Source: Heteronotia binoei (taxonomy: Eukaryota). From it: DNA of 64,000 nt. The stretch lies in assembly GCF_032191835.1 (NCBI RefSeq), contig NC_083243.1, forward strand, positions 190,712,001 through 190,776,000. Reading direction: 5' to 3'. The notes below the pieces were generated by a model, which did no database searches, was not told the origin of the DNA, and saw nothing but the letters and a program-made list of their open reading frames with translations. This document shows positions 1-12,171 of the stretch, piece by piece (the stretch's first letter is position 1; each line of letters starts with the position of its first letter). The translations under genes and the position numbers were made by a program.

Positions 1-658
1 TATATAAATCTATATTGTGCTGTGGCCATTATTTCCAAAGGGCCAGCTAATGCAAAAGAACGTCGCTGTATATAAAGCAGCACTTCTAACCTGAAGCCGT
101 ATGTGCTATGCTTTGTGTTTAACTTTTCTGAGAGAAAGATACTTTGAGCAGGCACTTCAGCTGTCACACTTGACTTTTTGTACCTTATCAGGTTTCTTGG
201 ATGAGGTCAAATTAATCCAAGGAGCTGATGTGGTACGTAAGACAGTTCACGTTCTGTCGCCGAAGTTTGCACGCTGAACTGCAAAGAGGGCATTCTGCAT
301 TTTCAGAATAACCCGTTGGTGCTCTGCTTCAAGATTATTTCCAGTCTTGCAACGCTACAGAAGTTGTACACAATTCAATTTAAGATTGTGTGGTTTGACT
401 CACCCCAAGAAAGACCCCTAATTTCTCCTCCGGTTAGAGTTTTATTGCACTCTGGTTACCGCACACTAACCCACCTGCTTTCCTAGGCAGAAGTGAGTAG
501 CACCTTTATATTTGAAAGTTCGTCAAAAGCCATTTCAGAAGTCTTATAAAAACAAAGAAATGTTTGCTAACATATACATGTGTGGAAAGTGGGATGCCGT
601 TTGCAGTGCTGTGGCAAGATCATTAGTTTGCATTCCTAATGACTGTTTTCTTTTGCAG

Positions 659-859
659 TGCTATCTGTTTGTATATTGCACTGGCTGGCGAAATATCAAA
701 TCCTTCCTCACTTTTGGCTTGATCTGCTTATGCAACATGTATCTCTATGAACTGCGCAACCTTTGGCAGATCTTTTTCCACGTGACTGTGGGTGCTTTTT
801 CAACTTTGCAAATCTGGCTGAGGCAACCGCAAGGGAAGTCCCCCGATTACAACGTGTGA
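659..859 (+). CDS. SEC22A: SEC22A last coding exon (C-terminal transmembrane region)
   Basis: Acceptor ttttcttttgcag ends at 658. The exon reads [66 protein letters not shown] (TGA 857-859), which I recognise as the SEC22A C-terminus. SEC22A is also the known tail-to-tail neighbour of ADCY5. Confidence 0.95.
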   Translation, partial: CYLFVYCTGWRNIKSFLTFGLICLCNMYLYELRNLWQIFFHVTVGAFSTLQIWLRQPQGKSPDYNV

Positions 860-1214
860 CGGTTGTCTCGTGAAAGCGGCAGCCTCGATGCAAGCAGCGT
901 TCCTCTCAGGAATGAAAAAAGCTTTTTCTGTAAGAGAGGCGCTCCCCATGCTTGAAGGCATCAATGACCGGACAGTGAAATTCTTCCTCAAAAGAAGAGC
1001 TGCAAAAGGATTTGGGAACTGATTGAGGGACAAATGAAGTCCTCCACTGTCGAGGAGAATATACCCCCAAGGGGGGGAAAAAAACCCAAGTAATTTGGAG
1101 GGCATCATAAAAACTCCACATTCAGAACTATGAAAAAGGCAAGGGGTGTGTATCTCAAGTTATTTCTCCAATCCCAAACCAGTTTTGCCTTTGTGAGGCA
1201 GTAGAATAGGCTGT

Positions 1215-1220
1215 AATAAA
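1215..1220 (+). promoter_or_regulatory. Candidate SEC22A polyadenylation signal (AATAAA; a second one at 1568-1573)
   Basis: Canonical hexamers about 355 and 710 nt downstream of the SEC22A stop. Which one is used is unknown. Confidence 0.4.
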
Positions 1221-2089
1221 AGGATGACATTGCATATTAACAAACGGTTCAGTATGAATGAATTCCTAAATGCCAGATTATTGGCTTGCCCATCAATTTA
1301 ATGGCATGTGTCTGCATTTTCCTTGATTAAAACCTCACCCGGAAACCATCTACTCATGGGGATTAGTGCCCGGACCCCAAAGGCAGCTCTTCTAGTGCTG
1401 AGTTAATTATGAATTGCTTTACTTATTTTTTTTTTTCCCCTGTGCAATTTGTTTTGAAAAAGATTTGGAAACTGACCTATTCTCTTCTCCTCCCTCCCAA
1501 ATAACATCACATTGTCTTCAGACATTTGATCTAATGCTTGAAAGATGAAAAGACGTTGGCTGGCAAGAATAAAAGAGACAGAGTATGCTGAATCCCCCCT
1601 TTTCTCTCTCTCTTTGATGTGAGATAATAGCAGAAGCCGAGCCTCATGCAGGCAGATAACTAGCCTGATTGGGAAAGAGCCTAGTCTCAAACAATTCTAG
1701 TTTGAATGAGATTAAGAACCCAGTTTGGAAAGACAGAAAACTGATAGCTTTTGATCACTGGATACCCAGCAAATCTGCTGTAGGAAGAGACAAGCAACCT
1801 AAGGAATTAGATTAGAGGTGCAGTTTCTTCACCTACCGCAATTGGGCAGGAACCTGTCACATGTGCTGCTTTAGGAAACGCAAGTGTTTCCTTTATAGAA
1901 TAGGCCACAACTACTTATTTGCTTTGTGAAGCACAAATTGGTCATTTTGCAATCTCTGTTCTTCACGAGAGCTTGTTTGTGCAAAAAGGGGAGTGAGGTT
2001 TTCAATAGATGTATCATATTCTCCACAAATGCTTGGAAATGCTGCGTGTGAATGTTTACCTTTTCCTGGATTGTGCCTGGCATCTTTGG

Positions 2090-2362
2090 AAGAAGATATT
2101 GGATTTATATCCCGCCCTCCACTCCGAAGAGTCTCAGAGCGGCTCACAATCTCCTTTATCTCCTTCCCCCACAGCAGACACCCTGTGAGGTGGGTGGGGC
2201 TGGAGAGGGCTCTCACAGCAGCTGCCCTTTCAAGGACAGCCTCTGCCAGAGCTATGGCTGACCCAAGGCCATTCCAGCAGGTGCAAGTGGAGGAGTGGGG
2301 AATCAAACCCGGTTCTCCCAGATAAGAGTCCGCACACTTAACCACGACACCAAACTGGCTCT
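2090..2362 (-). mobile_element. tRNA-derived squamate/gecko SINE (family A), full length
   Basis: The reverse strand starts gagccagtttggtgtcgtggttaag with Pol III A-box-like and GGTTTGATTCC B-box-like motifs and ends in a (TCT)n tail. Highly similar copies lie at 3020, 33172, 36724 and 61177. Confidence 0.9.
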
Positions 2363-3019
2363 GGAAAGCCAGTCTTGCCTACAAAAGTAGTTGGAAGAGT
2401 CTCTAAACATTCAGAACCATTTGGAGATGTTTACTAACATCCCAAATCATAAGGTTAGGAAGCCTCTCAGCCATTTCTAGAAGGCCTAATCGTACACTGG
2501 GGCAGAAGACAACTTGTGTAACCAAGTGGCATAGATTGCAGGGGCACAGTAAAAATATCCCAGCAGGGGAATTTTATATACATTCTTGGCTTGAAGAACT
2601 GCACAATTCCTGATTATAAGGTCTTATTTTTGGCTTCCAAAGGGGTAATCTCAAAAAAGAGTTGTGTTAGAACACAGGTTTTCAAGCCACCTGCTTCGAG
2701 AAATGCTTTCTTTTTTGACTGGACCACTGAGAATATCCTGAAAAGCAAAGGCTTGTTGCTTAACAGATGTTTTTATTTCTTTGCTGTCGCTTTTATTATT
2801 AATGTAACTAAGCTCCTGTGTCCAATCCGGTTAATACTGGGTGTACCATGAGCTCAGAGCGTACTACAGGGGGTGGACTTCAGTTACTCATAGGCCATTG
2901 GATAACCACTTTGTAGAGACCGTCCTTGTAGGATTCACACCCACATGAACTCTCAAGAGATCCTGAGTATGTTCATGTTGTGCATTAACTCAGCCAGCCA
3001 TCGAGATTCTGATTTCCAT

Positions 3020-3303
3020 AATAATAATAAGAAGAATTGCAGATTTATATCCCGCCCTTCTCCCTGAATCAGACTCAGAGCGGCTTACAATCTCCTATGT
3101 CTTCTCCCCTCACAACAGACACCCTGTGAGGTGGGTGGGGCTGGAGAGGGCTCTCCCAGCAGCTGCCCTTTCAAGGACAACCTCTGCCAGAGCTATGGCT
3201 GACTCAAGGCCATGTTAGCAGGTGCAAGTGGAGGAGTGGGGAATCAAACCCGGTTCTCCCAGATAAGAGTCCGCACACTTAACCACTACACCAAACTGGC
3301 TCT
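3020..3303 (-). mobile_element. tRNA-derived SINE (family A)
   Basis: Highly similar to 2090-2362, with a (TCT)/(TAT) tail. Confidence 0.9.
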
Positions 3304-3661
3304 ACACTCAAGTAGTGTAAGTAAACTACACTCAAGTCAACCCATGTCTTGAGCTCTTTTGAAGTAGAGGAGGATCTTTTTAAATTCTCCTTTACTTATA
3401 ATATATCCAAGTACCACTCGGTGTCAATGCTAGTATTTGAATGGGGAAAGCTGGTTTTTGTGTGTACTGTTTTTGGGTACTCTGGTGCTTGATGCGCTAC
3501 AGTTGTCTTACAGTGAGGGTGGAAGTTACAAGGTTTTGCGCTGAGCAAGCAGCCACTACCCGGTGTGTATGCCTGCAGAAAGAACATGCCCTCCTTGAAA
3601 TATATGATGGTGGGAAGTGCTGCAAGTGTAGCCAACTTACGGTGACCCTGTAGAGTTTTTG

Positions 3662-3803
3662 AGGCAAGAGGCATTCACAGGTGGTTTGCCTTTGCCTTCC
3701 TCTGCATAGCAACTCAGGGCTTCCTTGGTTGGTTGGTACTAGAACCTGCCTAGCTTCTGAGATCTGCTGAGATCAGGCTAGCTGGGCCATCCAGGCCAAG
3801 GCA
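3662..3803 (-). mobile_element. 5S rRNA-derived SINE (degraded) with Bov-B/RTE-type tail
   Basis: Reverse strand cctgatctcagcagatctcagaagctaggcagg resembles 5S rRNA (cccgatctcgtctgatctcggaagctaagcagg) and is followed by ggcaaaccac. Confidence 0.65.
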
Positions 3804-4487
3804 CCTGAATTATTCTCTTTGCTATGCGGCTGAGGGGGTGGAGGTGGGGTGGTGAGACTGGTATTCAGGAAGCCCAGTTCCAAAACCATATTTGTTGGTC
3901 TTGGTTGTTTGGCAGATGCAATACTAAGCTTTCTAGAAAAAAAAAATTAAAACCCCCAGCGTTTTGTGAAAGCCAAGCACTAGTTGAGAATCTGGGTTTT
4001 ATCACACTAAGAAGACAGAAGAATTTATATGAGATAATCTATGATGGCAAGAGCCACGATTTTCCTGGTGTATCCCAAGGGCTTTTCCCTTTACCAGTAT
4101 CATTTCATGAGCGGAAAAAGCTTTTTTCCCCTAGGTGCACAAAAAATATAACTTGTCAACAAGTATAAAATATTAACCAATATATTTCCATAATACAGCA
4201 TGAACCTGAGTAGTATCTGCATACAGTCTCAATGAGCTACATCTACTGAGCATTCATGTGCACGATGACATAGATAAATTGGACAATGTGAAGAGAACCG
4301 GCTGTTAAGAGTTTTGGATAATGATGGGGAATGTTTAAAATAAACTAGTTACGCAGCAGTGAGTCAGTATGGTAATCATTAGTCTTCCAAAAGTTGAGGA
4401 GAGGCAAATGAAGCATACTTCCTAGGTATCATAGCCCCCACCAAAGAAGTCAGTCCCACTGGGAGAAAGTTAAACAGCATAGAGTCC

Positions 4488-4540
4488 TTAGGGTTTGTAG
4501 AATCTTTCGGGCTCAAGTGCCGTGTTCTACTGGAGAAAGT
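4488..4540. mobile_element. Short fragment of the Penelope-like element end seen at 49190-49534
   Basis: ttagggtttgtagaatctttcgggctcaagtgccgtgttctactggagaaagt matches 49194-49246 with 2 mismatches. Confidence 0.85.
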
Positions 4541-5242
4541 AGAGAGTCCACCTGGAAACTCTTTGGGCAAAGAGCAGAGTATGAATGTAATAAGCAGTAA
4601 TGTAAAGTAAATTCCACTAAGACATATACATTTAACTAGTGTTCTCCGGGTCAGAGCCCATGGTTGGAACAATACTCTTCATAGTGTTTTCAGCCTCTAA
4701 CCCCCCCGCCCCCCTGCCCCAACGGTGACTACCTTGCACAAGTAAATCCCTAAATTTATTTTGGCTCAGGTTTCTAGTGCTGAGTGTTTTTAGAAAGTGG
4801 ATGGAGCCAGTGGGGGCTTCTGCGCAGCAAGGCTTCTGATTGGCCATTAGAGAACAGATTGACTATGCAGGTTTTTAAAAACATTGCTTTGGCAGCAGCT
4901 GCTAGTAAGCACAAGGATCTTCGCTGCGTTACTGAAGGTAAACTGTGGCAGATGTTTCGTGGGAGCCATTTTGCAGCTGTACCTACCACCCTATGTCAGA
5001 ATTCCAAAGGTGCCCACAGGCTCAAAAAGTTGCCCCCCCCCCCGGAGTAGATGCTTGGGCAAGATGGACTTACGATTTTATTCAGTAGAAAGCGATTTTA
5101 TTATGTGCAAAGGACTGGCATCTGCAGAACCAGGGCTCGGGTTAGATCAGCCCCGTGAATTTCATCAATAACTCCTACATTCTCCTCTTGAATTTCATAC
5201 ACATGACTGTATTAGTATATGCTTACAGCTGTAGCTGTATTT

Positions 5243-5682
5243 GGACATATGGACATATGAAGACATCTGAAGCTGCCTTCTACTGAATCAGACCCTCGGT
5301 CCATCAAAGTCAGTATTGTCTACTCAGACTGGCAGCGGCTCTCCAGGGTCTCAAGCTGAGGTTTTTCACACCTATTTGCCTGGACCCTTTTTTGTGGACT
5401 TGCGGTGGCGGCCACAAGTATAGCCACCTTCAAGAAGGGTTTAGATAAAAATATGGAGCACAGGTCCATCAGTGGGTATTAGCCACAGTGTATGTGTGTA
5501 TATAAAATTTTTTGCCACTGTGTGACACAGAGTGTTGGACTTGATGGGCCGTTGGCCTGATCCAACATGGCTTCTCTTATGTTCTCTTCTCTTATGCTCT
5601 TTTTTGGAGATGCCAGGGATTGAACATGGGACCTTCTGCTTCCCAAGCAGATGCTCTACCACTGAGCCACCGTCCCTCTCCA
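5243..5682 (-). mobile_element. tRNA-derived SINE (family B, CR1-type 3' tail) split by a CR1 insertion
   Basis: The reverse strand head is ggtggctcagtggtagagcatctgcttgggaagcagaaggtcccatgttcaatccc (A and B boxes). The tail has 8-nt tandem repeats (atatgtcc). The two halves (5243-5393 and 5600-5682) rejoin at ggacccttttttggagatg. Confidence 0.85.
5394..5599 (+). mobile_element. 5'-truncated CR1 LINE 3' end
   Basis: Matches the 3' end of the long CR1 at 19764 (gccacaagtatagcc...ggcttctcttatgttc). Flanked by cttttttg at 5387-5394 and 5599-5606. Confidence 0.9.
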
Positions 5683-6458
5683 TTTGTATTTGCTCTAGTA
5701 GTGCAGGCACCCAAGTCACAGATGAAACTTGGTGGCATCATCTGTTTATCTTTGAACAAAACAACAGAATGAGCAGGAGTTATAACTGTCGACTTAAAAA
5801 GATTTCAAGTGCCGGATTACAACCTAATTTAGTCAAGAGGTTTGTTGGCTGTTGAGACAATGTATAGCTTCTATAGTTGACAAGAAGCAACATGCATGAA
5901 TTCATGGCATCAGTTTATTTTTGCTCCCAAGAATGTACAGGCGGAGTGCCATAATGTCAAATGGAAGAGAGCTGGTGTCACAGTCTAGGCAAGACGATCC
6001 ATTTATGCATGAAAGGGGCCCTGTGCAGAGGCAGTTAACAGGTTCGGGTGTCCGTTTGGGCGCACTGCATTGGGCCACAAGGAAGTCTGGATGTTGTTGC
6101 ACATGATTCGTTGCACATGAGAGCTGTAGTTCTCCCTAAAATATAACCGTATTGAACTGGGTAATAGCTGGGATGTGGCCTCATATGCAAATGAGACCGC
6201 TGGGCTTTTTCTACAAAAAAAGGCCCTGCGTGTAATTAATCTTGACATGAAACCAAATTTGTATTAAATGTTTAGACTGCTGTGACCCCGAGGTTGGTGG
6301 TGTACTACAGGAACTAAAAGTACAAGGCCTGGAGCCTTAGTTGTGTGAGTGAAATGTCACACTGTACAATGTTGCTCACAGTGTGGAAATTAAGGTGAAA
6401 GCTCTAATTTAGAAGTTCCATGCCCTCTGGACCATGTGGATTCGTAATTGCCTTAACT

Positions 6459-7036
6459 CAGGGGTGCTGAACTCATTTTGTTATGAGGGCCAAATCTGAC
6501 ATAAATGAGTCTTTGTCGGGCCAGGCCATGTGTTTACTTATTTAAGATTGGGCAGCAGCGATATAAACTTTATAAAGGACACAGACAAACACAAAGATTT
6601 TTTTAAAAAACTTAAAACATTAGCACTCTTAAAGGTGCCTGCTTTGTATCTCCCCTGTGCAATCCAGGGAACTAGGCAAAGGAAGCTCAGGCTCTTTCCT
6701 TCCTTTCGCAGGGGACCAAGAGGGGGAGAAGCCTCAGCCAATAGAAGGAAAAGAGGCTTGCCTCAGTAGCTCTGCTGTACAACTGAGAGAGCCTGACGAA
6801 GCAAGCTATTCCTCCCCTCTTTCTCCCCAAGGGAGGAGCCTCAGCCAATAGAGAAAACAGAGGCTTTGCTCTGTAGCTCCTGTGTGATGGAGGAAGCCTG
6901 GCAAAGCAAGCTGTTATGCAAAAGGACGCAAGAGAGAGAGAGAGAAGGAAGTAGATGACAGCCAGTTGCTCAGGAGCCTGATAGGAGCCCTCCGGGGGCC
7001 TGATTCAGCCCCCGGGCTGCATGTTTGACACCCCTG
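6459..7036. mobile_element. hAT (Charlie-type) non-autonomous DNA transposon / MITE
   Basis: TIRs caggggtgctgaac and gtttgacacccctg. Perfect 8-bp TSD ccttaact at 6451-6458 and 7037-7044. Confidence 0.93.
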
Positions 7037-7049
7037 CCTTAACTCATCT

Positions 7050-10000
7050 TTAAACCAAAAGTGTTTCAATTTTAAAATTGTTTTACTGTATACAATTTTA
7101 TATTCTGGTCTTTTAAAAACCAACATATAATGAATAAAACTGACACATTCACAAGTGAAACAGTGTTTAATATGATTGTTAAATTACTTAAACAGATTGC
7201 AATTTCCATGGGAAATCATAACTGTATCAATTTTTTTTTTGCAAGAACCAGAATAAAGAGTTCACACCCCTTGAAATGATCGTGACAGTCAACTATCACA
7301 GTCAGAGATACAGGCGACTGAAAATTTCATTGACAACACAATCGCGCAAGGTGGTCTGCTCATATGTTAAGAATGCACACTACGAAGCAGAAAATAAACC
7401 TTTTTTTAAAAAAATTATGATCCTATGCTGTGACAGTAAATAAAATTAGGATGTTGTAAATGAATGTGGTGGACGTTGAAGAAGCTGCAGTACTGTGGAA
7501 GTAAAGACTTTTGCAAATTAGACACTTTTTTTAAAAAAAAAAGGTCAAAAGTATAGTACAAAGGGCAGGCATGGCAGTTTTCCAGAAGTCACACAACTGT
7601 ACTTTTCCAAGATATGCCTTAGTGGGGGAGGGGGCAAACCAGAAGTGAGTGTCTTGGAAGCTCCATTTTTGATCACTTTGAGGCTGCAATTGTGTTGATC
7701 AATTTGACAAAATCTGCGAGACCCTAAATTCAAACTTATTTCTTGGTTATGGAGAAACAGAAAGCCTGCATTCGGCATCAGAAGCCTTGGGCATTTTTGG
7801 GGCTATGACGATTCTGTCCTGAGAAAGTGAGGTGGGAGCACTCCTAAAATTTGAATTGTTTTAGAGAAAGCCAAATTTGCTATCAAAAGTTTTGTCTTAT
7901 TAGAATATAAAAATATAGTTTTCTAAAAAAATGCTTTAATTGTTTTTAATAAAATAGGAAGGGGACTTTGTGTTTAAAAGTTAAAAATGTTTTAATCCAT
8001 TCAGAGGTTTATTAAATTCCCTTTTTAAAAAACATCAAGAATTGTTTAGCAAGTTAGGTGCAACATCATCAAATGCTTTTTTTTTTCCTTATGAAAAATA
8101 TTGACTAAATCGTCAAACTGAAATCCATGCTAAGTGAATTTAGAATATTACTCCCATAATCTCAATCCAGGAGTTCCAGCAATTCAGGTAGAATATCCCA
8201 TGATACTTGTAAATAATGAACAGTCTTTCAAAAAGAGCTGATTTAGCTTATTGTTGTTCCTTGTTTGCTATAAATGGTGAAAACGTGGAAGTGGCTTTTG
8301 TCGTAATACTCCTGACAAATGACAGTTTAGGGATTCTGAGCACAGATTCATCTCTTGCACACAATTATTGCCATGTCACGAATTAAAACTTCTGCAGCAA
8401 TGACAGCTTTTGATTTTTCTTTTCTGTTTCTTTAATCAAAGACATCCCCCCATGATTTCTACTAAAAGTTTCAACCCTGACCCCCTTTTGTTTTGTTTTT
8501 TGTTTTTTTGCCAGACTACAGTTTTTCTGAAAATTGCCAAGTCTGTAGTTCAGTGAATAATGAAAAAAAAGATTCTTACACCATTTTATAGCTTATGTAC
8601 ACTTCCCCAAATGCCCTTATGTGTATATCCTCCTTCCCAAGCCTAAAGGACTTTGAGCACAGAAGGCTACAGCTGAACTCATGAAGCCACTGGAGCTGAC
8701 TGAGCATAAGCAGAGTCTCAGAGCCCTGATCGGTCTAGGGGAAGGAAAGGGGGAAAGAGAGTGCTTGGGCAGCTCGAGCATCCCTTTTATCTCCCCCTAA
8801 CTTTTCAACATAGAAAAGGATTTCCATATTGAGCACTAGGAGGAAGGGGGTGCAAGGCTGTGTCCCTTCACCCAAAGGGTGATTAACATGTGGAATTCAC
8901 TGCCACAGGAGGTGGTGGCGGCCACAAGCATAGCCACCTTCAAGAGGGGTTTAGATAAAACTATGGAGCAGAGGTCCATCAGTGGCTATTAGCCACAGTG
9001 TGTGTGTATATATAATTTTTTTTTGCCACTGTGTGACACAGAATGTTGGACTGGATGGGCCGTTGGCCTGATCCAACATGGCTTCTCTTATGTTCTTATG
9101 TCCCTGTTTCTGCCCTGCTGAACAGCTGTTAGAAATTGCTTAGGGAAGTTGTGGAGTGGATTGTGCCTCCCCCCCAGTTTTTCAAAATACAGAATTTTGG
9201 TATATCTATTAGGTCTCAGTCTTTTCTAATTTGCAAAATATAAAAAAAAAGCCCATACACTAGGTTCAGAGGGATCTCCCTCCGGGCATTTTGTGCCAAC
9301 AGTCTTTCACGTGCAATCACGTTTAAGCCAAACGGGCTGGGCAATCCTGTTTTTTAATTTAATAAATATGTTTGAAGAGTCATCTTTTCCTTGTTTTAAG
9401 CATTTGCTCCTGTATCACTCCTGATTTTTTTTTTAAAAAAAAAAATAAGCCTCCTCAGTGTGTAAGTGTAAGAATACATGGGCGAGGCATCTTTTCCATT
9501 TAAAAGCATCATGGGTGATGTCATTTAAAAGGGCCCTCTGTATAGGGTAGGAGCGGGCAGTAATTTTTAATTTTAAAAGCCCACTCAAAATAGCTAGTAA
9601 AACAACAGTGGCGCATGTCAAAGAGCTGACAGCACAAACAAGAAATGCTGTTAATTCCCGCCCCCCCCTCCATTACAATGAATCATACTTTCCTTCAACC
9701 AAATACAAATATGGTGTTACTTTAAATAAATACTAAAATATCTTATGTCCTGCGTAGCAGTGTCATTGAAGATCTCAAATCCTCGTCTTCATCTCTGAAT
9801 TCCATAAGGATAAATCTTTGGTCAGTTCACTTGCACTAAATCCACAGCAGTGCTAAGTAACTTTTGAATTGTGTGTGATGCCAGCCCGAACGGTGGTGTT
9901 GGTTTTCTTCTTGCACACAATCCTGCTTGAAAGGCATCGCATGAAATGCTCAACTGTGCCTTGTTAGGTTCACCGCTAAACAGTGGATTTTTTTTTACCA

Positions 10001-10058
10001 GTTTTCTCTTGCATGTGAATCAATTGAGCCATCCTTGAGCCAATCTATGCTGCTGTTG
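7050..10058 (-). other. ADCY5: Probable ADCY5 3' UTR (distal end uncertain)
   Basis: Immediately follows the TAG stop and is an AT-rich, mostly repeat-poor stretch. There is an AATAAA on - at 8008-8013 and variant hexamers further downstream, near 7080-7105. Confidence 0.45.
8866..9101 (+). mobile_element. 5'-truncated CR1 LINE 3' end
   Basis: Contains the end of CR1 ORF2 (gtgattaacatgtggaattcactgccacaggaggtggtgg) and a 3' UTR ending ttcttatgttcttatg. Confidence 0.92.
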
Positions 10059-10187
10059 CTAACTTGCTGAAGGGCCTTTGTTTAGGAAATAGGTGGTCAT
10101 TTCTCCTTTACCTTTAACCTTAACGACTCCTCTGCATTCTAGCTGATAGCTGTTGACTGATAAAACCTGATACATGTCTGTGGTGAC
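10059..10187 (-). CDS. ADCY5: ADCY5 terminal coding exon (exon 21 by homology)
   Basis: cag acceptor at 10188-10190, then [42 protein letters not shown]. 129 nt, TAG at 10059-10061. Not in the ORF track. Confidence 0.96.
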   Translation of the reverse strand, partial: VTTDMYQVLSVNSYQLECRGVVKVKGKGEMTTYFLNKGPSAS

Positions 10188-10934
10188 CTGTGGAATTCGA
10201 AAAGGGAAGGGGCAGGAAAAAAAAAAGCAAAATCAATGTTCTGGTAATCCCACAGTGATGCTAGTATTCCTAACCCCCACGGACACTATGCAAAAGCTAC
10301 TCCATTCCAGCTAGATAGTGATAACATACAGGGAAGCAGGGTTCTACATACACATAGCATATTGGGAATAAGATGTGCAGAAACGCTTGTGTATATGTGA
10401 TTCTCTCTGGCAGCAGCACCTCAGGCCCGTATGCACAGTTTCTAACTCTGGATCAGCATTGTTAGCTGTAACAATATTCATCACTTCCTGCAGATATGAA
10501 GACACTAACTATTCCACCATACCTCTGAAACAGATACTGTAAATAGTGACATCAGCCACCTTCTGGATGACCAAATCTGCACATAGAAGATGTGGATGGC
10601 TAAATGTGCAAAGGGGACTACCCCATCTTCTGGTTATTGGATAGGCTGAGATGCTTCCTCATGGGTTCTGTGCCTGTGCTAAGCCTTAATTCAGAACCAC
10701 TGCATGTCCCCAAGGGGAAAGAGATTCTGCCTTCCCACTCAGTTCTCTTTTGAATGCCACAACAAGAGTGGGAACATGACACCCCCGAGCCCCTCACACT
10801 CTGGGGACGCCCATTTTTGTCATGGCTTGTTCCCTTCTCCTGTACACGTACACCTCAGTGTAGGCCTATGGTTGATAGAAGGAGCCTGGGTTAAACTGAT
10901 ATCAAAAGGCTGAAAGGAATGCAGGGCAGTTCTT

Positions 10935-11625
10935 TTGTTAATCGAGTAAATACCCACCCTAAGATAGATTTGGTTAGTGCCATTTCCCTCCGAGGACCTC
11001 AGAGCCTTTCCCCAGATAATTTGATCCTAATTAAAGACTCCGCTTCAAAAACAATAAACAGTGGGCCAATTCTAGCAATTCCCTTCAGATCGCACCGACT
11101 GGACAGGAAGATTCCTGGGCTCCCCAAGTCACGACAAACACCTGATCATATCTAACTTCCAAATCTCCCAAAGGGAACACTTTTGACACCATACAAAAGG
11201 AGAAAACTCCCCGCTATCACATAGACAAAGGGTTTCTTTACAGGCTGGCTAATCTTTGAAAGATTGGACTTTTTATTCCCACATTCCAGGCCAACGCCCC
11301 GATTCCTCCTGAGTCTCAGCGACAGGACATAAAGAGTTACTCCTCAGCTCTGCTTTTTATGGCCAGTCTGAGACTCGTCATGTTATCCCAACCTCTCAGT
11401 TGGCCCTTTGCTTCTCTGTTTTGCAGACCTGTCTCTGCATCTCCTTCCCTTGTCTGGTCAGTTTCATTTCTGGACACTGCTTGGTCACCACTGAAGTCAC
11501 CTTCTCTTGTCTCCGTAAACTGGCTTGTGTGTCTCATTCCCTCCCCCCTTTTAAAAGTTTTATCCCCGAGTAGTAGGTATTTTTTCTAGAGAAAGGGGGG
11601 AGGGTTGGAGGGGGGGGGGTGTCAT
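10935..11625 (-). mobile_element. Possible solo LTR (ERV-like); boundaries not resolved
   Basis: Compositionally distinct segment with minus-strand TATA-like ATAAAA (about 11355) followed by AATAAA (about 11272). No TSD could be confirmed. Confidence 0.35.
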
Positions 11626-11699
11626 TTATGGCATTGCTTTTCCCTTTTCGTAAGTTTTATTGCTGGTTTTTTTTTCTACATTGCATAGATTAATTTGGT

Positions 11700-12171
11700 A
11701 TTTGTTTCTGTTTATAGAATAAGAACTCTGCTGAAGAGTCTTTTCCCCCTCATTGTTTTGAGTGTTGATCTGAATCTGGACCCCATTGTTCAATGTGAGC
11801 AATGGGACACCGTTGAATGCTGTAGTCCTGATGTGTAGACCGATTTGAGTAATAAGTCTCCTCTGAGAACTCGCAGTGAGCTAGCACGACTAGCTTTTTT
11901 CTTATTTTTCAGTTTTACTCAATATTTCCCTCCTTTCATTTGAGTTTGTTTGTAGTACTCAAAGATTTATTTGGAGGATTTTTTGTTGGTGGTCCAGTCT
12001 ACAATGTAAGGGCGAAGGACCACGTTCCAGAAAAGCCGATCGTGTGGGAACAGGATGCCTTTCCTAGATGAGCATGAGAAGTGCCTTTTTTGTTCAGAAG
12101 ATGGGCACAATGCTGAACACATACCCATTTCCAGACGTTTACAAAACAGGCTGTCATAACCATTTGCTGTG
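11700..12171 (+). mobile_element. DIRS1-like (tyrosine-recombinase) retrotransposon 5' fragment with decayed ORF1 zinc finger
   Basis: From the ATG at 12004: M*GRRTTFQKSRSCGNRMPFLDEHEKCLFCSEDGHNAEH, resembling the CxxC-x3-M-x3-DxHxxCLxCLGxxH motif of vertebrate DIRS gag. Confidence 0.65.

Noticed and set aside
512-658. N-terminal part of the 115-aa ORF 512..859
   Set aside because: It is intronic read-through upstream of the SEC22A splice acceptor at 658. Only 659-859 matches the protein.
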